Shown here: positions 49,501 to 59,693 of the stretch, one piece after another
How the letters are laid out: each line of letters starts with the position of its first letter
How positions within the stretch are numbered: position 1 is the first letter of the stretch
From: a virus
IMG/VR virus record: IMGVR_UViG_3300025009_000054
Location: 64,001 to 128,000 of that record
DNA: 64,000 bases
Direction: 5' to 3' (one strand)
Position numbers and translations under genes: made by a program
Notes under the pieces: generated by a model
Told to the model about the DNA's origin: nothing
What the model saw: the letters and a program-made list of their open reading frames with translations, nothing else
The model's database searches: none

Positions 49501-50827
49501 CTGATAACGTACGACCCTGATAATTTGGTCTTTTATCTACGTGTATTTGGAAATATGGTTCCGGAGTAAACACTGGAGATATATTACCACGCCAGTGTTT
49601 ACTATCAAAAATATCAATGTAATGTGGTGTAGCTTCCGGTGTACTACCATCTATATTCTTAAGGTCACCAATATATTGATACGACGGTGGTGGGGTTACT
49701 GGCCATTTAAGATTTATACCAATTCCATTATGTTCAATATTGGTCCTTACAAAACGACTGTATTGGTACCAACCAGTACCCGTTTGCGTTCCATTTATCT
49801 TGTCCCACGATATATATTGGCGTGGTATATCCTGAGCATATGCTTCACAAGAAATGACACCATCAATGACTCTAGCATTACTATCCATGCCAGCCATTTC
49901 GTATGTCTTACCAGCAGTATTCCATGAAACATTAGATGATGAGAAGTTAGCCGTAGCACTACTACCATAATTTCCGAGGTAATCATCAATATCTATGGTT
50001 ATGGTCTCACCACCGATTATAAATCTATATAAATGTGTTTCAGCAAAATCACCGATTGGTATATAATCTAGATTTGGTGGAGGGTCACCAATTGGAAGAC
50101 CTGGACCATAAAAAGTTGGACCATCTCCATCGCTATTGACTTTATGAACATATGGTTCTCTATATATACCATTTACGTAGAAACAGAACGACACTCCTTG
50201 ACCACAATCTACCCCTATATCTACTTTTGGTGTTAAAATACTAGTAACATCCACAAATGGATTTACACTGGATCCACCGATATCCTTGAGCTTTGGCCCA
50301 CTCATAGTTAATATATATTTAGTAACACCACTTCCAAATGCAACATGTATCGGAATACCAATCGTAGCGTTGCTATTATATTCAGACCAGCTAATATAAT
50401 TTATAACTAGATCTTGCCAGTCTTTTAGTGCTGTCCAATATGAACCATAACCATCAGTAATCTCTGCTATATATTTATTAGGAAATGATATTGTACATGA
50501 TTCATATATAGTGCCTCCACCACCACTACCGTATAATGCCCTAGTATCCTCATCTAATCTTTTTTTATCATGATCACTTAGTCCATTGTAATATAAGTAA
50601 TGTTCATAACTAGTATGTATGCTCAGGTAGTTTGTATTTATTACCGAGCTATATAATGAGTTTAGTAGGTTACAATTAAGGTATCCCCTACCACCAATAC
50701 CACGCGTTACCCTACATACTATACCATGGCCAGCATCATAATAAGTTATTGTTTTATTTGGTGAGTAACTAGTATTAAATTCATAGCTGAACATAGAGCC
50801 TGTGCGCCCAGTTTCAAAATACGGCAT
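46556..50827 (-). CDS. large tail protein with C-terminal Asp-box beta-propeller
   Basis: 1423 aa directly after the tape measure; STDCGVTWS and STNGSSWS. Confidence 0.65.
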   Translation of the reverse strand: MPYFETGRTGSMFSYEFNTSYSPNKTITYYDAGHGIVCRVTRGIGGRGYLNCNLLNSLYSSVINTNYLSIHTSYEHYLYYNGLSDHDKKRLDEDTRALYGSGGGGTIYESCTISFPNKYIAEITDGYGSYWTALKDWQDLVINYISWSEYNSNATIGIPIHVAFGSGVTKYILTMSGPKLKDIGGSSVNPFVDVTSILTPKVDIGVDCGQGVSFCFYVNGIYREPYVHKVNSDGDGPTFYGPGLPIGDPPPNLDYIPIGDFAETHLYRFIIGGETITIDIDDYLGNYGSSATANFSSSNVSWNTAGKTYEMAGMDSNARVIDGVISCEAYAQDIPRQYISWDKINGTQTGTGWYQYSRFVRTNIEHNGIGINLKWPVTPPPSYQYIGDLKNIDGSTPEATPHYIDIFDSKHWRGNISPVFTPEPYFQIHVDKRPNYQGRTLSVTPGFLVYREDDDTYRYDGVFPNDVDQVDYSWEHKPGWCVLKNGVYEPLGKHTYGLKLLNPEQFDNMPSNKDVLLSYPKSFHMYDLEVDTSDITIEDFSTGWSGVDCVVDYTSSGLYVHDVGPHGSIHRTFDPTYMPPHRWWQLDVDATDGASCVLSTTDVGLKYKWPPLVDNKEKMKWVNSTEYHPYYTYYSSINGDVYNFPVDGGGTIYEAHAPVLCTGDTPKAWYLEFSGSGINIDTYMPSNPPDDIDYITSLIEQIRPLNRYVEDAPVSNNLHDQNWPGDYLRWSWGIGHISGIFFDGLIPGMEYTFKSMVAKSTGDISKYVNGTGSTVSNNNVVIAGCSNIDSSGVYHYNDNYNNAPVDVSGVAYPISTEFDDFDINKYIIGSRDVVPMPTISVCVDGRNWWDFHTYIPDTSGVYAITYLDRNDYGDGINYDPVSYYIPYSGIVTFDDYDIRSIENITTLPISSFDINPSNGSYPEEALGSYYDSYPISYDNANYIAPVEMCMGPHDASIDTSMSVYVRPKYSSATAHALYGDGISTGGVLKFYFTRVAQGKIYGHAYDNGVNMDDGSVLTPSFSSGLFVESISGISVDNWSNFFIPVYPDDAFDDFLYDPNMGLYNPDTSESLTYYSGVHYSSSVGNTETFNSGQYEFDRIPAAYGISCNGRIVQPLAHFDRHNTRMVINFRPRLSGMSIDHVRINGRNELYYINQDDGLSVCIIDDHDKIEEDTTIADTSRYISPNIMIDRSNGKCLIYVDYDTREVIYSYNTSHNITTWRNTNKKVLCEGYDSVSAVYIPDRAKIGLMLYSKSTYQLYWGTISISDHNMANGIDNLTLVSGDIPKHKPSLWYNSKENVIIAVYAKVVNKAPHDLYKIISTDCGVTWSTPVLIGTTDLAPDIAVDTNSGSIHIADVIRSDNTVWYVDMPRSEYGVNINSKVHTPTMMHSPSIQILPSNTISVAYYDDKGIPHVSISTNGSSWST

Positions 50828-53800
50828 TACACTGTCCCACCTGCCACTTGATACCAGTAGGCTTTCATAGCCTCACTATCGAGTGTAAGCTTGCCAACCT
50901 TTTGGGAGCCTATCTGAACGTCTATGGAATTTGACCCAGATGGCATATGCTGTTGTGTATTACTAGATTGCCGACCTACCGGTGCAAGTTGCATCTGTAA
51001 TTCGCCACCTTGATTTCTAATATTCTGCATTTCTTGAAAATCAGGTGTAGGCAGCGTTATTATAGTCTGAACATCGGGTTCATTGTAGGTATATCCACTA
51101 TTACGGTTATCACTTATTTCCTGAGACCCAGGTACCGACGACGGTATAGGCGCAGATTCAGTAGGAATAACATTGTTTATGTCCTGACCAAACATGTCAT
51201 TAGCGGTATCTGTAGAGTATGCGGTGTTTCCAGGCTGTACATAACCATTAATGCCCCACGCTTGTCCTACAACGTCTCTAAATTTATCGACACCTTCTTT
51301 AAACCTGTCAGCAGAATTCTTCTCTATATTTGCTGTAGATGCTTGTCCACTCAATAAATACTTAAACGAATCATTGAGTGTATCTGTTACTCCATTATCC
51401 TTCATCATGCTAACAGCTTTATCATAGAAACCCTTGTGCATAGATGTGTATGAGCCGATACCTCCGCCATATTCATCCCTAGATTGTTTGTATGGGTAGA
51501 ATCCGGAACCTAACATCTGCCAGTTAGACGCACCAACTGGCATAGTATATGTTCCACCATCAAGCTGCATACCTTGTTCGGTTATCATAGATGCCCACGA
51601 TTGTCGAACATAATCTATTTGATTGTATAGACCCTCATATTCCCCACGAAGTTCCTTAACCCTATCTCGCCATTGCGATGACCCCTTTGCACCATTCTGC
51701 TCCATCTCTTTCATGACATTCATGATCATGTGCATACGGCGATTCGTATCATCGATCTGTTCATACAGAATTGGCATCTGTTCGGTTGCTGGTCTATGTT
51801 GAATTTGCATCACTCTAAGTTGAGTTTGTCTAAATTCAGATATATTCCGTTCAACATCCATATTATTTTGATATCGGAGGGCAATCTTTTGTCTCTCTAT
51901 TCTGATAAGGTCCTGCTCACCAGCATATATCTGCTGTCTGAGTGCAAATTCCTCAGCAGCAGTATGCACTTGTGATTTCATTACCTCAAGCTTCTCTTTA
52001 TTATTCTTAAGATCACGAGTAGTTAATGATACACCCTCATCAATCATGTCGATTTGCTTGCGTATATCGACACCAAATATTTCCGATGTACTAATGCGTT
52101 CCTGCAAAAGACCCTTCTCAAATCCAATCTTTTGCGAACGCATCTCATATGGCACGAGAGCAATACGAGCCTTTAGCTCAGCTTCCTCTCTATCTATCTG
52201 CAATAATCTTTGCTTAAACTGAAATACTTCCTGAATACTGTATCCATACTCTTTCCAGTTCTTAATACGATCTTGAAGATCATTACGCTCTATTTGATTT
52301 ATCGCTGACTGTTCCTTACCGTATTTAACGATATCTTGCCATGGTGCTGGTCCTTTACCGGAACCGTAATCTTCAAACGCTTTACCCCAGTCACGTGGGG
52401 CATTTTCAGATTTCCATTGTTTATATTGAGCCTCAGCACGTGGAAACTCAACCTTTTCAGTCATTTTCTGTTCGCGCTCAAGATTACGAATTTCCTTACC
52501 AAGTTGCACAATGTTCATGGACGTATGCATAATACGAGTATTCATCTCCATAAGTCCTTGAACGTCATCTGGACTTAATTTATGGGCTTCCTCACGCAGT
52601 AATGCAAGTTGTTGTTTTGCAATCTTAACCGAGGCAGATAAAGCATCGGATTGACCCTTCCAATCCCCACCAATGGTGCGCTCTCCACCAGGAATAGCCC
52701 ATTTCATCTTGTAATCACCTTCGCCAACTTCACCTTTACCTGGCATACCAAGTTGAAATGTGCCACCACCGCGTCTAGCCATATCATACATAGAAGAAGC
52801 TACTTCAGATTGATTTTGTAATGTTGGGTATAGAATAGTTTTAAGGTTTTGTATCCATTCGACCATCATACGAGATTTATCAAAACCTTCTATGCTAATA
52901 CGGTTGCCCCTTTTATTCATTTCTGCTACTGCAGCTTTATCATCCATTTGAATAGAATTGAATGATTTTTCATAATTCTTAATATCCGCACCAGCGATAG
53001 TTTTTTTCATGCGGTCAGCTACGGCTTTTAGGAGTTCAGGATCTTTATCACCTACCATTTTTAGTGGCACAGGTTGAAAATCTCCAGGTTGAGTGCGCCT
53101 GAACCCAGGTTGAGGACGATCCTTACTAATACGCTCTCTTTCTTCTTCTGTTATTTGATGTTTAACCGATTCATATCGCGCCTTAAAATCGTTAGTTTTA
53201 CTAGAATAGCTATCTCTTTCAATCTCACGAAATTTCTCAATTTGCGATTTGTACCACTCAAATTGTCCTTGTGGATCTTTTGGCATTGGCTTACTACCCA
53301 ATTCATTCAATTGGGCATATTTGTGAGCTATTCCCTGTTTAAATTCTTTTAATGCATCGCCAGCAGCTTTAGTTTGACTTCTAAAACTAACTATTCCGGC
53401 TATTAGCCCGCTAATAGCCCCAATAAGTAACCCCCAATATCCAGTGAACGAAAATGCTAGCGCTGTTGTTGTACCAACACCTACACCAACAGCAATAGCG
53501 CCACCAACAGATGGCTTTTGTTTCTCTCTGGCATTTTGCATAACATATGAATTTGCCATATATGTAGCAAACCCAGCTAGTAATGCAGGACCCATTGACC
53601 TCATAAATTGAGCTCCAGACTCACCCCTAGTCATACCGGTACCTAAGCGTCCACCAAACATGGTAAATGGGTCATTTGGATTTCGTATTGCAAAAAGCCC
53701 TCTCATGCTACCTAATGCGACCCCAAGTTGTCCTGGTACTAATAATCCTGGTAAGGCTGACAATGCTGGTGCCATCCCAACTCTTCTTGCAGCCATAAGT

Positions 53801-54648
53801 CCAGCGGCAGTCATGCCACCATATGCTAATAAATGCCCACCACCTGTACCTACCCCACCACCAAGTTTACTAGAGAGTTGCCCGATTGCGACACCAACAT
53901 TACGCATGTCACCCAAAAATGTAGTTATTGTCTTCTGCCATGCAAGTGACATGTCTATAATCGCATCATTGAAATCACGCTTTACTGACATCTGAAAATC
54001 TTGGAATTCACGTAGTTTCTTAAATTCAGGATCATCAACTTTTACTTTTGCTTCATTAAACCTACGGACCAATACAGCAGTTTCATAGTTGTATTGACGC
54101 ATTACTGATATGAAGTCCTGTCCACTCATGGCTCTTTTACCAGTAAATACGTCTTGCATTGTAGGCATTTGCTCAATAAGTTTATTGAACTGACCCATCA
54201 TTTGTGGAGCTTGATCTCTGAATACATACGCCATTTTATTCATATAGTCGTCAAGGTCTTTATTATTAAGACTTCTGACATTAAGACGTACTCCAGCCAC
54301 AGATCTGGATAGCCCGTCAAGCATAGATATGATATCTGCACGTGGTATATTCATTGATTTTGATAGACTTACGACATTAACTTTAAGTCTATCGACTTCT
54401 TGTGCACTGATATGTAGGTTTTTCGACAAATTGTAGAGGCTTACTGTATATGATAGTACGCTTGCTTGCATAGCACCAAAATTAAGCGCACTTCCCATTT
54501 CACCTGACATGCCTTTTGCAGCGTCTGATACTGCATGCATAGATGTAGCTATACCAAGAACACTATCTGCCAGTATAGCACCAGGGCTAGCACCGGCACC
54601 AGCTAAAAGAGCTGCGCCAGCTAAATTTTCTCCTATGATGTTTGCCAT
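50827..54648 (-). CDS. tail tape measure protein
   Basis: 1273 aa helical protein with a Gly/Ala hydrophobic segment; downstream of tail chaperones. Confidence 0.82.
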   Translation of the reverse strand: MANIIGENLAGAALLAGAGASPGAILADSVLGIATSMHAVSDAAKGMSGEMGSALNFGAMQASVLSYTVSLYNLSKNLHISAQEVDRLKVNVVSLSKSMNIPRADIISMLDGLSRSVAGVRLNVRSLNNKDLDDYMNKMAYVFRDQAPQMMGQFNKLIEQMPTMQDVFTGKRAMSGQDFISVMRQYNYETAVLVRRFNEAKVKVDDPEFKKLREFQDFQMSVKRDFNDAIIDMSLAWQKTITTFLGDMRNVGVAIGQLSSKLGGGVGTGGGHLLAYGGMTAAGLMAARRVGMAPALSALPGLLVPGQLGVALGSMRGLFAIRNPNDPFTMFGGRLGTGMTRGESGAQFMRSMGPALLAGFATYMANSYVMQNAREKQKPSVGGAIAVGVGVGTTTALAFSFTGYWGLLIGAISGLIAGIVSFRSQTKAAGDALKEFKQGIAHKYAQLNELGSKPMPKDPQGQFEWYKSQIEKFREIERDSYSSKTNDFKARYESVKHQITEEERERISKDRPQPGFRRTQPGDFQPVPLKMVGDKDPELLKAVADRMKKTIAGADIKNYEKSFNSIQMDDKAAVAEMNKRGNRISIEGFDKSRMMVEWIQNLKTILYPTLQNQSEVASSMYDMARRGGGTFQLGMPGKGEVGEGDYKMKWAIPGGERTIGGDWKGQSDALSASVKIAKQQLALLREEAHKLSPDDVQGLMEMNTRIMHTSMNIVQLGKEIRNLEREQKMTEKVEFPRAEAQYKQWKSENAPRDWGKAFEDYGSGKGPAPWQDIVKYGKEQSAINQIERNDLQDRIKNWKEYGYSIQEVFQFKQRLLQIDREEAELKARIALVPYEMRSQKIGFEKGLLQERISTSEIFGVDIRKQIDMIDEGVSLTTRDLKNNKEKLEVMKSQVHTAAEEFALRQQIYAGEQDLIRIERQKIALRYQNNMDVERNISEFRQTQLRVMQIQHRPATEQMPILYEQIDDTNRRMHMIMNVMKEMEQNGAKGSSQWRDRVKELRGEYEGLYNQIDYVRQSWASMITEQGMQLDGGTYTMPVGASNWQMLGSGFYPYKQSRDEYGGGIGSYTSMHKGFYDKAVSMMKDNGVTDTLNDSFKYLLSGQASTANIEKNSADRFKEGVDKFRDVVGQAWGINGYVQPGNTAYSTDTANDMFGQDINNVIPTESAPIPSSVPGSQEISDNRNSGYTYNEPDVQTIITLPTPDFQEMQNIRNQGGELQMQLAPVGRQSSNTQQHMPSGSNSIDVQIGSQKVGKLTLDSEAMKAYWYQVAGGTV

Positions 54649-54728
54649 GATGGTATACCTCTCGAAGTGTAATCTATGAATATAATAGGTGTAATGTTGG
54701 GGAGTGTTTACTACTAATGTACGAAAGT

Positions 54729-55073
54729 CTAATACACACTACCTGGAGCATCAATGATTGCCTGTCCAGTCGATATTAGCCAATGGATAATAAGTAAGAA
54801 TATAATTACCAATATGATCTCAAAGAATGTCTGCGTGAGACAGCATCCACATCCACACCCAGTACCAGAATCTTCATTAGATGGATATCCATGGACGGTC
54901 TGATTAGGCTCTTCATGATATGGGTTATGGTATTCCTTCCCATACATACCATCTGGAGGATCAATACCTGGATGATCGCGCATCCACTTGTCTACGGCTT
55001 TTTCTTGATCTCTCCTATAGCTATCTTTTAATAGTTTTGCTGGTATCAATGGCCACCACCACATAATGTACAC
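54729..55073 (-). CDS. moron-like small membrane protein
   Basis: CGCGCC followed by a TM helix; has its own promoter motif upstream. Confidence 0.6.
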   Translation of the reverse strand: MYIMWWWPLIPAKLLKDSYRRDQEKAVDKWMRDHPGIDPPDGMYGKEYHNPYHEEPNQTVHGYPSNEDSGTGCGCGCCLTQTFFEIILVIIFLLIIHWLISTGQAIIDAPGSVY

Positions 55074-55101
55074 CTCTCACGTCAAAGTGATATTCCTACC
55101 T

Positions 55102-55140
55102 CAAAAGTGTAGACGCACGAAAAGGGATAGATGGTGTCAA
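55102..55140 (-). promoter_or_regulatory. bipartite promoter-like motif, copy 2
   Basis: TTGACACCA-N16-CGTCTACACTTTTG. Confidence 0.65.
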
Positions 55141-55165
55141 CATGGTTTCTACAATGGCCGAGACG

Positions 55166-55209
55166 ACCGTTCCCGCCCAAAGAGGAGTGCCTCTTTTATC
55201 AAGAACGGT
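55166..55209 (-). terminator. extended hairpin upstream of the moron promoter
   Basis: ACCGTTCTT..AAAGAGG-CACT-CCTCTTT..GGGAACGGT on the coding strand. Confidence 0.5.
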
Positions 55210-55250
55210 TTATAAGACCCATGGGGCTTTTGGAATAACAAGAAACGCGT

Positions 55251-55655
55251 TTACGGACCAGGTTTGCCTTTAATAATATCGACAATACTACTGGATTGCT
55301 GTATCATGTGTGTCGCCAGTTGTTGCCATGTCCAATACCACCCGCCGAATGCAAATGCTATTGTCGCGGCAACAACTGTCCAAAATTTCGAATTGAGGAT
55401 TTTTACCTGAATTTTAAGTCCTTTAATACTACCTTCGCAATCAGCAATTCTACTATCACCACTATCGGCATGCCATAATTGTTTATCGGCACGTGACATA
55501 AAATCCTGACATTGTCCACATCTACTAAGTAATGGTCCTATACTACTACTCATATATGTAACAGTTTCAGTAAGAGCGTCGATTTTAGCACCTAAAACTG
55601 CAATATCAACTTTCTCAGATTGATCGTCTCTAGGTGCAGCCACGGCATCCTCCAC
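55251..55655 (-). CDS. coiled-coil + TM protein (holin/XhlA-like architecture)
   Basis: Coiled coil followed by FWTVVAATIAFAFGGWYW. Confidence 0.45.
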   Translation of the reverse strand: MEDAVAAPRDDQSEKVDIAVLGAKIDALTETVTYMSSSIGPLLSRCGQCQDFMSRADKQLWHADSGDSRIADCEGSIKGLKIQVKILNSKFWTVVAATIAFAFGGWYWTWQQLATHMIQQSSSIVDIIKGKPGP

Positions 55656-55721
55656 TAATTACTATACTAACTAAGCGCCTGGTACTGAGCGGCACTCAGC
55701 AATATAGTAGTTGGAGACGCA

Positions 55722-56222
55722 TTACGACAGCACTTTCTCATCGTATGTCTGAAGTATTTTTGCAAGGATAGCAGTAGGGAGGCTACGTCTTATATTCTTG
55801 ACTGTAGATGCATCTAGCTGTTCCACTTCAAACAAGGTAACAAGCTTGAGAGGCATGTCGATTGTCCAGTCTTTGAGCAAATACTTGATCTTTGCAAATC
55901 TGACACTTGAAGGATCATGGTAGTATCCAAGTATGGGATTATTCACTATCGATTCCTGACTAATAAGTGCATCGAGCTCAGCGTTAGTAGCTACCATCTT
56001 AGCTTCTTCACGTGTATAATCAGACGGTACAAATTGTATATTCAGATCGTCAGTAGATTCTGTACCTTCATCTTTATTATTTGGTGTATATCGCTGCACA
56101 AACGACTCATATTCCTCAAGAGATAGTACACTCGATCTTGTATGGTCTTCATTCACAGCAACATATATGACTATAGGAATGCGCTTATTGGTATCTACTC
56201 TATATTTAGAAAGATTTGACAT
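55722..56222 (-). CDS. second tail-assembly-chaperone-like protein
   Basis: KYLLKDWTI / QLDASTV match KYLLRGWSI / QLDLTFV of 56501-57007. Confidence 0.6.
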   Translation of the reverse strand: MSNLSKYRVDTNKRIPIVIYVAVNEDHTRSSVLSLEEYESFVQRYTPNNKDEGTESTDDLNIQFVPSDYTREEAKMVATNAELDALISQESIVNNPILGYYHDPSSVRFAKIKYLLKDWTIDMPLKLVTLFEVEQLDASTVKNIRRSLPTAILAKILQTYDEKVLS

Positions 56223-56237
56223 GACTAAGATTCTCCT

Positions 56238-57007
56238 TTACGAAAATGGACAGCCTGACCCACTATTTGGGTTTAGCTCTCTACGTATTTGTAGTGCGAG
56301 TAATATGCGTTCTACTTTCTGTGGATCCATATTATGAAAGTCAGCCCAGGAGATACCCAGATCTTTCCATAGTATTCTAGCTATCTCGAACTCATACAAT
56401 TCTAATATGTCAGCACTCATATCAACGATGCCACTATTCTTGCGATTACTATAAAACCCTGCGGCATACTTCTTAAATGAGCGATGACGATCTCCTGGGC
56501 TTATTTTTTTGGGTTTGGTTTGTCGAGATCAGAATCGCGCATACCTAGTTCCAATACCATATCAGCTTTATCAATAAACGCATCAAGTATGATGGGGTCT
56601 ATAGCATGTGGACCATTTATACTATCACGCACAAATGTTAGGTCTAACTGAGTTCCTTCGGGATTAAGCTTTACATTAATCGGCGACCCATCATCCTCTG
56701 TGATACTCCAACCGCGCAGTAGGTATTTGTACTTATTATGCTTCCTAAGTATAGGATTAATGTAGTGGGTGCCACTAGTCCTATCAAACAATGTTGACTG
56801 CATATCTATTTCTAGTTTTGTTTGATAGTCCCAATGTAAAAACTCAGCCCATTCAGTAACTATCTGCGATTGATCATATCCACGCGATAGTAGATCATGC
56901 TTATGTGATTCACTACGTATAATTGATATGCCGCTTTTTGTCTGAAGAACATCTATGTTAACGCGGAATGTATCACCTTGCTTCCTATATCCCATAACAT
57001 ATATCAC
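56238..57007 (-). CDS. tail assembly chaperone G (56501-57007) and GT via -1 programmed frameshift
   Basis: C CCA AAA AAA TAA at the ORF end; the -1 frame is open (ISPGDRHRSF...DMSADIL) into ORF 56238-56420. Confidence 0.85.
56504..56513 (-). promoter_or_regulatory. -1 ribosomal slippery site CCCAAAA(AAA)
   Basis: Canonical X XXY YYZ heptamer in frame, just before the stop. Confidence 0.85.
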
Positions 57008-57031
57008 CTCCCATCTTGTATTGGGAGGATA

Positions 57032-57868
57032 TTATGTTAATCCATCCCAATCACCAGTAATGACGTATATTGGTCTGTAAACATAGTCACCAACAGATGT
57101 AAAACTAAACTTCTGCGTTATTCGATTACTATGATTATCAAGATCTGTGGGATCTTCATCCCAGATAGCAGAGTGTACTCTTAACCCTATATCATCATTA
57201 TCTATTGATTCACCTAGAAGAAAGTCAATTGATTCACTACCACGTAACTCTTGTCTTTCTATAGTTGTAATCGAACCTGAAACATCCACAGCGCCAATGC
57301 CAACATGACTAAATGATCTATAACCATCCCACGTATGTTTATAAACATTATTACGCTTAATAGATATAGACCACTCGGAAACGTTGTCAGTAATTATATC
57401 GCATCCAGATACTGCTGTTCTATATGATGTTACCAATTTTTGTGGGTATGTCTGACCTATATCTGTCGGATAAGTACTATATTCCCACCCTTGAGATGAT
57501 ACTTGTACGTCACACGATACGTATGATCCATTGCCACAATTTATATTTACTGCGTCTATATAGCAATTGTAAAATACACGAACATCTGATACATAATCTA
57601 CAGTTATATCTATTGGTTCTACCGTATTGAGGACACCATTGAGTACCTGCAAAAAATCACATGAAGCATCAGTGTCGTATATGTCATATGCGGGGATACT
57701 GATGAGGCCACCAGATGTTGATGGCCCCATCGTTACTGACGAAGAATATGAGTCCGGCACCGGCCTACGACTCAAGTTATATACGTTCGATGTATTGAGG
57801 GTACATCGACTCCAAGCTATAGGCAGTCCGCCGAAGCATACTCTAGATTTATATATGCCATCGGCCAT
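57032..57868 (-). CDS. tail tube-like protein 2
   Basis: VSEWSISI..N...VSGSIT, paralogous to 57887-58867. Confidence 0.6.
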   Translation of the reverse strand: MADGIYKSRVCFGGLPIAWSRCTLNTSNVYNLSRRPVPDSYSSSVTMGPSTSGGLISIPAYDIYDTDASCDFLQVLNGVLNTVEPIDITVDYVSDVRVFYNCYIDAVNINCGNGSYVSCDVQVSSQGWEYSTYPTDIGQTYPQKLVTSYRTAVSGCDIITDNVSEWSISIKRNNVYKHTWDGYRSFSHVGIGAVDVSGSITTIERQELRGSESIDFLLGESIDNDDIGLRVHSAIWDEDPTDLDNHSNRITQKFSFTSVGDYVYRPIYVITGDWDGLT

Positions 57869-57886
57869 AACCTTAAACCTCCAATA

Positions 57887-58867
57887 TTACGCTGTATCTG
57901 TCCAAGTAGTAGAAGCACTGACCCTCAACAAGAATGAATCAGTAGAGCTATCTGTTTCTGGTATAAGATTATTAGCTACTTGGTATCCGAGTCTTTGCGT
58001 AATCCTAGTATTTGGCTCTGGGAGCGGCACACCATATTCACCAAACTTAACAATTGGTATGAAAATCGTACCTGGTGTACCCTTATATCCATATGTGCCA
58101 CCAGAATCATCATGCCCGTAGTCGCGTATATCGTACACTGAGATTCTTATACAAGTGCCATTAGGCTTACTCTTAAAGTTACCATCAATGTATGGATTGA
58201 TAAGCGTGATGTTTCCACTACACTTCTGTTGACCCATATGCAATCTCTCGCCCTGTGGATCAATTGCCGTTGCTGCTGATATGAATGTTCCCCCGATCTG
58301 ATTATCGAGGCTAATGCTCCATCCAGATACATCATCGGCAACCCAGTTTGCGTCTACAGCACTCCACACACCACTTGCCGATGTTCCGACCTCAACTAGA
58401 GTTCTCCAGAATGGAATCTGTGGCTTATCGACATATTTAGAATCGAGTGTTCCACCAGTAGAATCACCGTATGTGATTACATCTGTACTATCAACTACGC
58501 CACATCTGATACCACAGGTAGCAGATAAACCTCCACCTGGATCCGCAGTAAGTTCAAATGTGCCTAGAGCACCGTGATACGTTTGTCTTGAAAAGCTATT
58601 ATCAATTATGATAGTCCTATTCGCTCTGCGTTCGGTTTCGGACTTGATAAATAGCTGTAGCATGTCATAGAGCATTGCACGTCCCAATATTGGGAATGTA
58701 ATGTTACCCTGACGAGTGAGCCCACCTTCACTAATTCCTAAGGAAGTGGGTGACCCATTAACGTCTGGTGTAATAATATTCTGTGTCTCAGCGATAGTTT
58801 CATTAGTGTATGGATACCCAACACCATCTATCGTGACTATACCCTTGTATCCTGCTGCACCCTGCAT
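57887..58867 (-). CDS. major tail tube protein
   Basis: VSGWSISLDN...CSGNITL; lies between tail terminator and chaperones; strong SD. Confidence 0.7.
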   Translation of the reverse strand: MQGAAGYKGIVTIDGVGYPYTNETIAETQNIITPDVNGSPTSLGISEGGLTRQGNITFPILGRAMLYDMLQLFIKSETERRANRTIIIDNSFSRQTYHGALGTFELTADPGGGLSATCGIRCGVVDSTDVITYGDSTGGTLDSKYVDKPQIPFWRTLVEVGTSASGVWSAVDANWVADDVSGWSISLDNQIGGTFISAATAIDPQGERLHMGQQKCSGNITLINPYIDGNFKSKPNGTCIRISVYDIRDYGHDDSGGTYGYKGTPGTIFIPIVKFGEYGVPLPEPNTRITQRLGYQVANNLIPETDSSTDSFLLRVSASTTWTDTA

Positions 58868-58931
58868 TGGTAGTCACCTCCTGAAATCGTAGATGATACT
58901 ATCATCTATTACCTATAGTAGCGTGATGTAC

Positions 58932-59429
58932 TCATGGGTCATATAATGCTGTTGGTATATCAATTTTGAACGTAGCAGTCATTGACCCAGTCCTTACTCC
59001 CTTGCCCATACGCTCGGTATAATTAATACTAAGAGGCATTTGTAAGTCCCATACGGTTAGTACGGTTGTCCCAACAGTAATCTGCAGATTAATACCACGT
59101 AAACAAAGTGTCCTAATGGCATCTATAAATACTGCAGTCATACTCTCTAGAGTTGCTGCATCATTAGATTTAGCATTTGCCTGTATTGTATACGAATGTA
59201 ATTCTGCAAACACACCAGTTGATAACCTATTTTGCTGTTCTGGACCGTGTTGCATATAGATATTGGGGAAATGCGGTGCTACCTGTGGCGCAGTATATAC
59301 GACGAATTCATCACTAGTATACGCAGACAAAGCGGTATTAATAAACGTATTATTGGCATCCAATTCAAGCCATGCTTTAAAAGCATCACGTATTTTGTTT
59401 TGTATATCGGGCGGTGGTTTTAATACCAT
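58932..59429 (-). CDS. putative tail terminator/completion protein
   Basis: FPNIY motif, size and position. Confidence 0.55.
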   Translation of the reverse strand: MVLKPPPDIQNKIRDAFKAWLELDANNTFINTALSAYTSDEFVVYTAPQVAPHFPNIYMQHGPEQQNRLSTGVFAELHSYTIQANAKSNDAATLESMTAVFIDAIRTLCLRGINLQITVGTTVLTVWDLQMPLSINYTERMGKGVRTGSMTATFKIDIPTALYDP

Positions 59430-59432
59430 TTA

Positions 59433-59588
59433 TTACACCTCAGATGACAACATATCATGTACTGATTCTATGAAACTGCTGAACACCTTAATAGTCAATT
59501 TCTCATCGGAATCTAGTATTTCAGAAACATTATTGAGATCGTCTGCCTGTACTGCTATCTTGTCTAGGATTGGTCTAACGTCTGTCAT
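59433..59588 (-). CDS. 51-aa microprotein (not in track)
   Basis: MTDVRPILDKIAVQADDLNNVSEILDSDEKLTIKVFSSFIESVHDMLSSEV after GAGGGG. Confidence 0.6.
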   Translation of the reverse strand: MTDVRPILDKIAVQADDLNNVSEILDSDEKLTIKVFSSFIESVHDMLSSEV

Positions 59589-59693
59589 ATTACACCCCTC
59601 GTAATTTCGTTATGACATGCCTAAATGCGTAACAAAACGACACTCCTATAATTGCAACTACTAAAATACCAAAGACAATTTTAATTACTAACA

